Shown here: positions 17,988-26,228 of the stretch, piece by piece | Layout: every line of letters begins with the position of its first letter | Numbering within the stretch: position 1 is the stretch's first letter | From: Bdellovibrionota bacterium | GTDB taxonomy: Bacteria; Bdellovibrionota; UBA1018; CAUJDS01 | Length of the DNA: 32,000 nt | Assembly (NCBI GenBank): GCA_963169695.1 | Contig: CAUJDS010000062.1 | Span: 75,022-107,021 of the forward strand | Direction of reading: 5' to 3' | Notes under the pieces: model-generated | What the model saw: the letters and a program-made list of their open reading frames with translations, nothing else | What the model was told of the DNA's origin: nothing | Database searches by the model: none | Made by a program: the position numbers and the translations under genes

Positions 17988-18489
17988 TGTTTTTTTCCAC
18001 TCCTTTCTTGGTTTGTTTGGTTTTTCCTAACGCCATCAGCTCCGCGAGCCTCGAAGAGACCTGAGGATCCATGGCGGAAAGAACTTTAGCTAAAATAGGA
18101 GCGGACAATCGAGTCGCAGCAGGAACGCTCAATGCATCCTCTGTTTGAGCAAGAATTACTGCCGCTGCTTTTGGACTCATTTTTTCGAGCGTCTCGACCA
18201 TCTTCGAAATACGTTCTTCATTTTTTGCTTCAAATAATTCGGATGCGGCTTTCACTTGCTTTCGAAGTTCTTCGATTTTTTTTATTTCTTCCTGAATCGC
18301 AATTTCTCTCTGCTTGAGGTCTTCTTCTTTCTTGTTTAAAACCGCCTGCTGCTCTTTGAGTGATGCTTTTTGTCGGACCAAATCTTGTAGGGCCGTTTCA
18401 TCCACTAAACAGCGCTCCCCTTCAGATTCTGCGCGGGCTGCAAATCCAAAGAGAATCAATGTCAGTACAGGCCATTGAGAAATCCTCAT
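17971..18489 (-). CDS. MotE-like periplasmic protein (coiled coil plus MgtE_N-like C-terminus)
   Basis: Signal peptide, coiled coil, then ERISKMVETLEKMSPKAAAVILAQTEDALSVPAATRLSAPILAKVLSAMDPQVSSRLAELM. Confidence 0.75.
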   Translation of the reverse strand: MRISQWPVLTLILFGFAARAESEGERCLVDETALQDLVRQKASLKEQQAVLNKKEEDLKQREIAIQEEIKKIEELRKQVKAASELFEAKNEERISKMVETLEKMSPKAAAVILAQTEDALSVPAATRLSAPILAKVLSAMDPQVSSRLAELMALGKTKQTKKGVEKNNGSNG

Positions 18490-18938
18490 CAGAATTCTCC
18501 TCGGAATCTGTCGCGCATAACCATCATATCGTCAGATTCACGAATGAGGTCTCGATTACTTGTCTCAATGTATTTTTGATATTCCCGTTCGCGTAGCTTT
18601 TCGAACTTCTTGAGTTCTTGCTTTGCCTTGATATACTTTTGCATGGCTAGGTTTACTTTTTTCTGGGCACGAACGATGGCGCGATCAGCGTAGACCAATC
18701 GATATTTATTCCCAACAATGAAATCCTCTTCGGCCCGAAAATGGGAAGGCTTTGTTGGCTCAGTACCCAGGCTCTCTCTTCGATCCAATCCGGCGTGAAT
18801 TTGCGAAAGGATCTGCATCTTCTTCTGAATTTCTTTTTCTCGATCACGCTGAGCGAGCGCCAATTCACGAAGTGATTCTTCTTCTTTGAGTTTTCTTACT
18901 CGCTCAATGGTTGAAAATCGAGACACGAACTTCTTCAT
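18489..18938 (-). CDS. fliJ: Flagellar export chaperone/stalk protein FliJ
   Basis: About 149-aa coiled coil between fliI and the motE-like gene: FSTIERVRKLKEEESLRELALAQRDREKEIQKK. Confidence 0.85.
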   Translation of the reverse strand: MKKFVSRFSTIERVRKLKEEESLRELALAQRDREKEIQKKMQILSQIHAGLDRRESLGTEPTKPSHFRAEEDFIVGNKYRLVYADRAIVRAQKKVNLAMQKYIKAKQELKKFEKLREREYQKYIETSNRDLIRESDDMMVMRDRFRGEF

Positions 18939-18988
18939 CTCTCCATTTTCGCGCCTTTAGCTACGACGCAACAGGCTGAAAGTTTTAC

Positions 18989-20350
18989 CTAGGACGGCTG
19001 GGAAGTACCTGCCGAAGTGAGTGCCGAGAGGTAGGCAATTGTTTCTGGAAGGGTTCCTCGCTCTTGTGCCCCTTGCCTTAGAAATTGAATCATGCGGTCA
19101 TAGACCACTACGGCTTGATCCAACTTGGGGTTGGTTCCTTTGACGTAGGCACCGATTTCTATTAAGTCTCTGGCTTGCTCGTACACGGACAGCCATTCTC
19201 GAACCTGCTGCGCGGCCTTAAGATGCTCTTTGGTTGCCACAGCGGACATCACCCGACTTACGCTTTGTAAGATATCTACGGCTGGAAAATGCCCTCTCTC
19301 TGCCAGGCGCCTTGAAAGAACGATATGTCCGTCAAGTATAGCGCGTGCGGCATCTGCAACGGGGTCGTTAAGGTCATCCCCTTCCACTAGCACTGTATAG
19401 AGGCCGGTGACACTCCCGCCTCGGCTGTCTAGGCCGGCACGTTCCAATAGCTTTGGCATCAATGCAAATACACTAGGTGTGTAGCCCTTGGATGCGGGTG
19501 GTTCTCCGAGCGACAGGCCCATCTCTCGTTGGGCCATACAGAATCGAGTCAATGAGTCCATCAAAAGCAAAACCTGCTTGCCCTGGTCGCGATAGTACTC
19601 AGCCACCGTTGTGGCCAAAAAAGCCGCTCTAACTCTCAAGAGTGGCGCTGTATCAGATGTCGCCACTATGACGACCGAGCGAGCAAGTCCTTCTGGTCCT
19701 AAATCACGCTCTATAAATTCTCTTACCTCACGACCTCGTTCGCCGACGAGCGCGATGACATTGATATCTGCCGATGTATTTCGAGCTGTCATTCCCATTA
19801 AGACAGACTTACCGACACCAGACCCGGCCATGATTCCTACTCGCTGACCCCTGCCACAGGTGATGAGGCCGTTGATACTTCGAACACCCAAATCTAGGCT
19901 ATCCGAAATCATTCCACGATCTAGAGGATCCAGAGGAATGGCGTAAAGATTCCGGTCTTCGGATGGACCTGTATCTGCTATAGGCCCTTTTCCATCGATG
20001 GGTTCCCCGCGTGCATCAATCACGCGACCTAATAGACCACTTCTCACTCGATAGGATGAGCTTCGTTTCTTCAACACTACCAGGCTTCCTGGATTGATTC
20101 CCGCAAGCTGTTCAAAAGGCATCAGCAAAACCCGCTTGTCCCGAAATCCAACCACTTCGGCCTCTACCCTGTCCGAACTCTCGCCAATCAGGGGATCCGC
20201 AATCACATCGCAGAGACTTCCAACGGAAGCCCCCGGCAAGTAGGCCTCGTACATAACGCCCAGGGTTTTAGTGATCTTTCCCGCTTCTCCATAGAGAAGG
20301 GTCGTTGCGACCTGTGTTCGGATTCTTTTTTCATCTAATGGGATGTTCAA
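18989..20350 (-). CDS. fliI: Flagellum-specific ATP synthase FliI
   Basis: IMAGSGVGKSVLMGMTARNTSADINVIALVGERGREVREFIE, LLLMDSLTRFCMAQREMGLSLGEPP. Confidence 0.98.
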   Translation of the reverse strand: MNIPLDEKRIRTQVATTLLYGEAGKITKTLGVMYEAYLPGASVGSLCDVIADPLIGESSDRVEAEVVGFRDKRVLLMPFEQLAGINPGSLVVLKKRSSSYRVRSGLLGRVIDARGEPIDGKGPIADTGPSEDRNLYAIPLDPLDRGMISDSLDLGVRSINGLITCGRGQRVGIMAGSGVGKSVLMGMTARNTSADINVIALVGERGREVREFIERDLGPEGLARSVVIVATSDTAPLLRVRAAFLATTVAEYYRDQGKQVLLLMDSLTRFCMAQREMGLSLGEPPASKGYTPSVFALMPKLLERAGLDSRGGSVTGLYTVLVEGDDLNDPVADAARAILDGHIVLSRRLAERGHFPAVDILQSVSRVMSAVATKEHLKAAQQVREWLSVYEQARDLIEIGAYVKGTNPKLDQAVVVYDRMIQFLRQGAQERGTLPETIAYLSALTSAGTSQPS

Positions 20351-21207
20351 ACAGAAGATCCCTGCGATAAGAGTGAATCGTGAATTCGCTTCAACTGAAC
20401 TTCGATTCTGGCATCAACGGTACTAAATTCTGTCTCTACAATACAACCACCTTCTGCAACCTTATCGGAAGGCTCCAACTGAAGATTCTGCAGTCCCGCA
20501 ATCTTTTCTTTAATTTTATCCCGTAACATTCCCATGGTCTCACTATCCTGGGGATTGATCTTGATTCGAATATTGTCTTTGACTCCAACTTTCTCAATGA
20601 TTTCCTGCGAAAGTCTGACTAGGTACTCCGGATCCTGCTTTGTTTCTTTAAGTAAAACCATTCTAGAAATCTGAGCCATCATCTCCAAGATAAATCGCTC
20701 ATTCTGTCGAAGAATTTCAATCTTGGCATTTTCCATGCCATCGATAAGCGCCTCCAGGGATTCCAATCGGCGTTGTCCCTCGGCTTGAAACGCCTTCCGA
20801 GCTTCTTCATGCCCGGTCTTCAGTCCCTCTGCATACCCTTGGTCATATGCACTCTTTGACACTTGCTCCTTCAAGGCTGCCACTTCACCTTGAACTAATT
20901 CCTGAATCGCGCGCTTTTCTTCCTTATCGATTGAAAGTGGGTCACGCAAAATAGAACTCAGCTTAAATTGCGTGTCACGGGTATTGGTTCGTTTCCGGTC
21001 GGGATCCGTAACAGCAAGTGGACCATAGTTCTTCTTTGTAAAGCTATAGTCGCCATCGCCCTTTTTTTTGATAGGCTTCATCACATGTTCACGAACATTG
21101 CTAGCCTTCGTAGCGCCGTCTACTTTATAAACACCTGGCTTAATAGAATTGGTCTTGTCTTCCCGTATCTCAATCTGCTGGGGCTTGAATTCCTTGATAT
21201 TAGACAA
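20347..21207 (-). CDS. fliH: Flagellar assembly protein FliH
   Basis: AYDQGYAEGLKTGHEEARKAF, C-terminal ...EGGCIVETEFSTVDARIEVQLKRI. Located between fliG and fliI. Confidence 0.92.
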   Translation of the reverse strand: MSNIKEFKPQQIEIREDKTNSIKPGVYKVDGATKASNVREHVMKPIKKKGDGDYSFTKKNYGPLAVTDPDRKRTNTRDTQFKLSSILRDPLSIDKEEKRAIQELVQGEVAALKEQVSKSAYDQGYAEGLKTGHEEARKAFQAEGQRRLESLEALIDGMENAKIEILRQNERFILEMMAQISRMVLLKETKQDPEYLVRLSQEIIEKVGVKDNIRIKINPQDSETMGMLRDKIKEKIAGLQNLQLEPSDKVAEGGCIVETEFSTVDARIEVQLKRIHDSLLSQGSSV

Positions 21208-22219
21208 GCGCGTCCGCCTCTCCGCCGCGACTGATGATAATCTTTCCTTCGGCTTCTAGTCGCTTGGCCACGTTTACAATTTCTTGCTGGGCAGTTTCTA
21301 CGTCAGACAGACGCACTGGTCCCATTGAATCAAGATCTTCCTTAAGAATATCGGCAGCTCGCTTGGAAATATTCTTGAAGATCTTATCCTTGATTTCCTC
21401 CGGAGCCGTTTTAAGTGCAATGACCAACTTGTCATTAGCCACATCTTTCAACAGGGTCTGCATACCGCGATCATCAATGAAGACAATGTCTTCGAAGACA
21501 AACATAAGTTTTCGAATTTCTTCTGCCAACTGAGGATCTTTTTCTTCGACCCGCGACATGATGTTTTGTTCGGTATTCTTTTCCATGACGTTCAACATGT
21601 CAGCAATCGGCTGTACTCCACCTAGCTGCTGCGTATCGATAGATCCGAGTGTTGCCAACTCTTGCTTAAGAACTTCGTCCACCTGTGCAATGAGTGTCGG
21701 AGAGATATAATCCAAATTAGCTATTCTTAGAACAACTTCTGTTTGAATACCTTCAGGAAGGCGTTTGAGTACATCACACTTCTTGCCCGGCTCAAGGTGC
21801 GCCAATATCAAAGCGATTGTTTGGGGATGTTCGTTGACTAAGAAGTTGGACAAGGTTCGAGGATCGACCAGCTCAAGTGCTTCTAGAGTTCTACTGCCCT
21901 CGACCACGCTCAATTGTCCGAGAACGGTCTTCGCTCGCTCCTCGCCCAAGGTCTCAAGAACAAAGTCGCGTCCTTGTGCATGACCAAAGATCAAAGTATC
22001 TTCTTCAGAAACTTCAGCGTAGAAATGCTCGAGGACCTTTTTTACAATGGGAATCGAGACTTTAGAAACCTGCCCCATGGCGGTTACAAGAATCTTGACG
22101 TCATTGTCCTTCATACTTTTAAATATTTGAGCCGTGACTTGATTACCAAGCACATTCAAAAGAACGGCGGCTCGGTCTAATCCTGTCATTTCATCAAATT
22201 TCTCAAACTTAGCTGGCAT
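21200..22219 (-). CDS. fliG: Flagellar motor switch protein FliG
   Basis: DRAAVLLNVLG, FLVNEHPQTIALILAHLEP, EIRKLMFVFEDIVFIDDRGMQTLLKDV. Confidence 0.98.
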   Translation of the reverse strand: MPAKFEKFDEMTGLDRAAVLLNVLGNQVTAQIFKSMKDNDVKILVTAMGQVSKVSIPIVKKVLEHFYAEVSEEDTLIFGHAQGRDFVLETLGEERAKTVLGQLSVVEGSRTLEALELVDPRTLSNFLVNEHPQTIALILAHLEPGKKCDVLKRLPEGIQTEVVLRIANLDYISPTLIAQVDEVLKQELATLGSIDTQQLGGVQPIADMLNVMEKNTEQNIMSRVEEKDPQLAEEIRKLMFVFEDIVFIDDRGMQTLLKDVANDKLVIALKTAPEEIKDKIFKNISKRAADILKEDLDSMGPVRLSDVETAQQEIVNVAKRLEAEGKIIISRGGEADALV

Positions 22220-22234
22220 TAGGCTTTCCTCTTC

Positions 22235-23917
22235 CTATTCTACTTTAGCTTCAGGATCCTTATTTGCGTCCTTGTTTGACTCACCTCTTACCCATTCACG
22301 CAGAATCAACGCTGCTTTCTGTGGGTTGGCATCAACCAAGGTGGTGACCTTCTCTTTGATCATTTCTCCTTCGACCTTTTCTGGATCGATACGCTCTGGG
22401 ATATCTGGAACAACATCCTCTAAACCAGGGAGACCATTCCCATGCTGCATGCGCTCTAGTTCCTCGATGGTCTGAGGTAAGAAGGTATCGACGCTGTCGA
22501 TGGTGTTTTCTGTTACCCACTTGATGAATGGCCGCACGACAAACAGGAAGAATCCTGCAATGATTAAGCCAATCAGAATATAGACCATCAGATTCTTGTA
22601 ATAAGTTCTGCGTTCGGCCTCTTCAATTTGCCGCTCAGCATCCTCGAAGTCCAGACGCGTAAATTCCATATTCTTGATTTCGAGAATGTCACCCCGTTTC
22701 GGATCCAACCCCACCGCCCTGGATACGACGGACTCAAATTCTTTGATGCGCTCAGGACCCCATAGTGCTGACTTCGATAGAACCTTGCCGTCCTTATCAG
22801 TCTCTTTGACTTCCTTTGCATCTACTACTACAGCGACGCTTAATTTCTTAACACCACCCACGGAGTGGGTAGTCTGTTTGATGGTTTTGGGTATTTCGTA
22901 ATTGACTGTTTCCTTGTTCTTGGTCGTTGACTGCGAAATGGTATTGGTCTCAGGCCCTGGCTGACCTGGCAGGTTTGAAGCAGCACCGGGCCGACCGTAA
23001 GGTCCTGGTCGCTTGCCTTCCATCGCATTGATATTCTTCTGCACCGATCGAATAGCTGATCCATCCGGATCGTAGAGTGTCTGAGTTTCCGAGGACCTTG
23101 AAAAATCTATTTCCGCAGTAACTCTAGCAACTACCCGTCCTTCACCCACGATCGGACCAAGGATTGCTTCGACGCGTTTCTCCATCTCGCGCTCGACATT
23201 CCTTTGGTAGTCTAGCTGATTGGCGGAGATCGCGACTGTCGAATCATGTACGTTTTTGGATAGCGTCTTTCCAGCAGAATTTACTATAACGACGTTCTCG
23301 GCGCTCAACCCTTCAACGGCGCTTGCAACCAAGTTTCCAATTCCGAGAATCTGCTTTTCTTCCAAAATCACGCCCGGCCTAAGATCCAAGAGTACCGAGG
23401 CAGTCGCGTCTTTTTGGTCTTCAATGAAGGCGCTCTTTTTTGGTAAAGCCAGGTGGACACGAGCTTTTCGAATTCCCTTCATCGCGCCAATGGTTCTCAT
23501 TAGCTCGCCTTCGAGTGCGCGTTTGCGATTGACCATTTGGACAAAGTTAGTGGTCCCCAGAGACTGTTTATCAAAGACTTCGTATCCGACAAAGCTAGAC
23601 TCGGGTAAACCAAGTGTTGCTATCTCCAATCGAAGTTCATCCATATTTTCAGGAGGAACTTCTATAGAACTCCCTCCGCGATCAACCTTAAACGGTATCC
23701 CCTTATCTCTAAGGATCCGAATGACGTTGGCAGAGTCCTCGGGCGATAGGTTGCTCATAATAGGCTGAAAGTTCTTTTGACCCGCCCAGATGAACATACC
23801 TACTATCCCGACCGTGATAGCGAAACCCGTCACGATAAGCGCTATTCTTCTACCAATAGACAACGACATAAAGAAGTCGTTGATCTGTTTGACAACCTTC
23901 TTCAGGTACTCTGCCAC
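22235..23917 (-). CDS. fliF: Flagellar MS-ring protein FliF
   Basis: VNRKRALEGELMRTIGAMKGIRKARVHLALPKKSAFIEDQKDATASVLLDL, NYEIPKTIKQTTHSVGGVKKLSVAVVVD, two TM segments. Confidence 0.98.
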   Translation of the reverse strand: MAEYLKKVVKQINDFFMSLSIGRRIALIVTGFAITVGIVGMFIWAGQKNFQPIMSNLSPEDSANVIRILRDKGIPFKVDRGGSSIEVPPENMDELRLEIATLGLPESSFVGYEVFDKQSLGTTNFVQMVNRKRALEGELMRTIGAMKGIRKARVHLALPKKSAFIEDQKDATASVLLDLRPGVILEEKQILGIGNLVASAVEGLSAENVVIVNSAGKTLSKNVHDSTVAISANQLDYQRNVEREMEKRVEAILGPIVGEGRVVARVTAEIDFSRSSETQTLYDPDGSAIRSVQKNINAMEGKRPGPYGRPGAASNLPGQPGPETNTISQSTTKNKETVNYEIPKTIKQTTHSVGGVKKLSVAVVVDAKEVKETDKDGKVLSKSALWGPERIKEFESVVSRAVGLDPKRGDILEIKNMEFTRLDFEDAERQIEEAERRTYYKNLMVYILIGLIIAGFFLFVVRPFIKWVTENTIDSVDTFLPQTIEELERMQHGNGLPGLEDVVPDIPERIDPEKVEGEMIKEKVTTLVDANPQKAALILREWVRGESNKDANKDPEAKVE

Positions 23918-23935
23918 TGCTTACCCTCTTCCTAA

Positions 23936-24298
23936 CTACACTTGCATGCGCATGATTTCTCGATACGCATCCACCACTTTGTTTCTCACTTGCATCATGA
24001 GCTTCAACGAAAGATCAGCTTGTTCCAAAGCCAACATGGTTTCGTGAATATTCTTTGTGCGACCTGCAACTAAGTCCTTTACGGATTGATCCGCAGACAG
24101 CTGCATGTCATTGACTTTCGAAACAGAACTTTCAAGCATTTCCGCAAAAGTACCGTGCGGTACTGTTAGAGGTAGCGAACTCTCCGTCCCCTGCGCTTCT
24201 GCTAGGCTCTGTGCGGCTCGAGTTTCTAATCGATTGCTAAGGACGTCAGGACCAAGTCGATCAACTTGGCTCAATCCTTCGATCGAAAGTGTGCTCAT
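23936..24298 (-). CDS. fliE: Flagellar hook-basal body complex protein FliE
   Basis: TFAEMLESSVSKVNDMQLSADQSVKDLVAGRTKNIHETMLALEQADLSLKLMMQVRNKVVDAYREIMRMQV. Confidence 0.96.
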   Translation of the reverse strand: MSTLSIEGLSQVDRLGPDVLSNRLETRAAQSLAEAQGTESSLPLTVPHGTFAEMLESSVSKVNDMQLSADQSVKDLVAGRTKNIHETMLALEQADLSLKLMMQVRNKVVDAYREIMRMQV

Positions 24299-24308
24299 CT
24301 AATTCCCC

Positions 24309-24746
24309 TTACCTAACTATCTCAAGTGCTTTTTGTGCCATTGACTTTGCTGCACCCATTGCTGTGACATTCGCCTCATAGGCTCTCTGCGCACTAATCA
24401 TATTTGCCATTTCTTCAGCGGGATTGACGTTCGGCATAGCAACATATCCCTGAGGATCAGCATCTGGATGCGAAGGATTGTAAACCATGCGAGGACCTGA
24501 GGGATCTTCTTGAACATCCATTACCAATACCCCTTGGATATCCTCGTCTAATTCGCTTTCTAGAATTTCTCCGAAGCCTTCTCGGTCTGGTATGGCTCCA
24601 AATACTGGGTCCTTGCGCTTGTAGGGACCCCCCGCTTCCGTTCGCGTTGTATCGGCGTTGGCGAGGTTGCTGGAGATCGTATTCATGCGCTTCATTTGAG
24701 CGTCTAATCCGGATGAACTCACCCGCATTGAAGAAAAGAAGTCCAT
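24309..24746 (-). CDS. flgC: Proximal rod protein FlgC
   Basis: FSSMRVSSSGLDAQMKRMNTISSNLANADTTRTEAGGPYKRK, MANMISAQRAYEANVTAMGAAKSMAQKALEI. Confidence 0.98.
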   Translation of the reverse strand: MDFFSSMRVSSSGLDAQMKRMNTISSNLANADTTRTEAGGPYKRKDPVFGAIPDREGFGEILESELDEDIQGVLVMDVQEDPSGPRMVYNPSHPDADPQGYVAMPNVNPAEEMANMISAQRAYEANVTAMGAAKSMAQKALEIVR

Positions 24747-25162
24747 TATCGATTTCCTCCGCCTTCAGTGATGGCGTATCGAACCATACCCAGTTTTTTC
24801 TTCATTGCTTCCACTGAGGAAGAGTAAAGAATTTGATTCTCCGCTAGTTTTGCCATTTCAGCTGCTCGATCTACGGTATTCCCATCCAGAGACTCTACGC
24901 CATTGGGGTCGTCATATATTTCTGGGGATATGGGCTCGCCTTCGCGCGGAACGATATGATGAGGATTTTCTCCAGCAAGCTTAAGCTCATCCGTCTCTCC
25001 CAAAGCTTCTCGAAGCTCTTGTTCGAAATCAATTTCTTTTGCCTTAAATCCTGGCGTGTCGGCATTAGCTATATTGGAACTGACAACGTTCTGCTTCATG
25101 AGACGCAGATCCATGGATTGACTAAGGGTGCCTATTGTATTGTCAAAGACTCCTGAACTCAT
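24746..25162 (-). CDS. flgB: Proximal rod protein FlgB
   Basis: MDLRLMKQNVVSSNIANADTPGFKAKEIDFEQEL, DGNTVDRAAEMAKLAENQILYSSSVEAMKKKL. Confidence 0.97.
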   Translation of the reverse strand: MSSGVFDNTIGTLSQSMDLRLMKQNVVSSNIANADTPGFKAKEIDFEQELREALGETDELKLAGENPHHIVPREGEPISPEIYDDPNGVESLDGNTVDRAAEMAKLAENQILYSSSVEAMKKKLGMVRYAITEGGGNR

Positions 25163-25204
25163 AGGTGATCTCCTCGACTATCTCTAAGATTAACGTCTCG
25201 CTTC

Positions 25205-25251
25205 CAAAATAAGTAGGTAGGGAGGAAATTGCCTAGCCTCCCTACCTGCTT
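25205..25251 (-). terminator. Rho-independent terminator-like hairpin downstream of the sigma54 activator gene
   Basis: Arms 25211-25225 (AAGTAGGTAGGGAGG) and 25237-25251 (CCTCCCTACCTGCTT) with an 11-nt loop and one mismatch. On the minus strand it is followed by ATTTTGG. Confidence 0.75.
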
Positions 25252-25256
25252 GCCAC

Positions 25257-26228
25257 TTAAACGTGAATCCCAAGGCGTCGATAATCGGCTAATTTATTTC
25301 GAAGTGTACGGATCGAAATTCCCAATGCTCGAGCCGTATGTGTACGATTTCCCTTGTGAAACTCAAGGGCTTCGAGAATCACGGAGCGTTCGATATCATC
25401 CAGCGTGCGTCCAGGAGCCCAATTGATCTTCTCGGATGGATCCGAAAGGAGGGAGGCTTCCATTACAGTATTTGAACGCTGACTTTCTATCTGGATATCT
25501 GTTGCTTCGACTAATGTCTGACTTGCAGTAATCACTGCGCGCTCAATAACGTTCTCTAGCTCTCGGATATTGCCTGGCCATCCATACTGATTTAGCTTTC
25601 CCATGGCATCCGGTGAGAAACCCTTAATCGGCTTCTGGTTTTTCTCAGCGTACTTTCGCATAAAGCTTTCAGCCAACAACTCTACATCTCCTAACCGGTC
25701 CTTAAGAGGAGGCAAAGTGAAATTGACGACATTCAATCGATAGTAGAGGTCTTCGCGAAAGCTGCCGTCTTTGATACATTCCGTGAGGTTCTTATTAGTA
25801 GTTGCTACAATTCGCACATCTACTGGAACGGGCCTTCGTCCGCCAATTCTATCGACCTCTCCTTGTTGGAGAACTCTCAATAACTTAGCCTGCAAACGGA
25901 TATCCATCTCTGATATTTCATCCAGAAGTAAGGTACCGCCATTTGCCAATTCGAATTTTCCGGCTTTGCTAGATACGGCTCCCGTAAAGGCACCACGCTC
26001 GTAGCCAAATAACTCTGACTCCAATAGGTTCTCTGGAATGGCAGCGCAATTTATTGCCACGAAGGGACGAGCGCTTCTATTGCTGCTTTTATGTACCAAC
26101 GCCGCCATGAGCTCCTTCCCAGTGCCGCTTTCACCCTGAATGAGTACGGTTGCCTTGCTTTGTGCCACTGTTTTTGCGAGTTGGATCAAATCTCGCATCC
26201 TGCGATCCGCGGTCACTATCTGACTCAT
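25257..26228 (-). CDS. Sigma54-dependent transcriptional activator, AAA+ domain plus Fis-type HTH, no receiver domain
   Basis: GESGTGKE Walker A, ESELFGYERGAFTGA (sigma54 contact loop), GGTLLLDEISEM Walker B, HTH GNRTHTARALGISIRTLRNKLADY. The AAA+ domain begins within the first ~10 residues. Confidence 0.95.
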   Translation of the reverse strand: MSQIVTADRRMRDLIQLAKTVAQSKATVLIQGESGTGKELMAALVHKSSNRSARPFVAINCAAIPENLLESELFGYERGAFTGAVSSKAGKFELANGGTLLLDEISEMDIRLQAKLLRVLQQGEVDRIGGRRPVPVDVRIVATTNKNLTECIKDGSFREDLYYRLNVVNFTLPPLKDRLGDVELLAESFMRKYAEKNQKPIKGFSPDAMGKLNQYGWPGNIRELENVIERAVITASQTLVEATDIQIESQRSNTVMEASLLSDPSEKINWAPGRTLDDIERSVILEALEFHKGNRTHTARALGISIRTLRNKLADYRRLGIHV

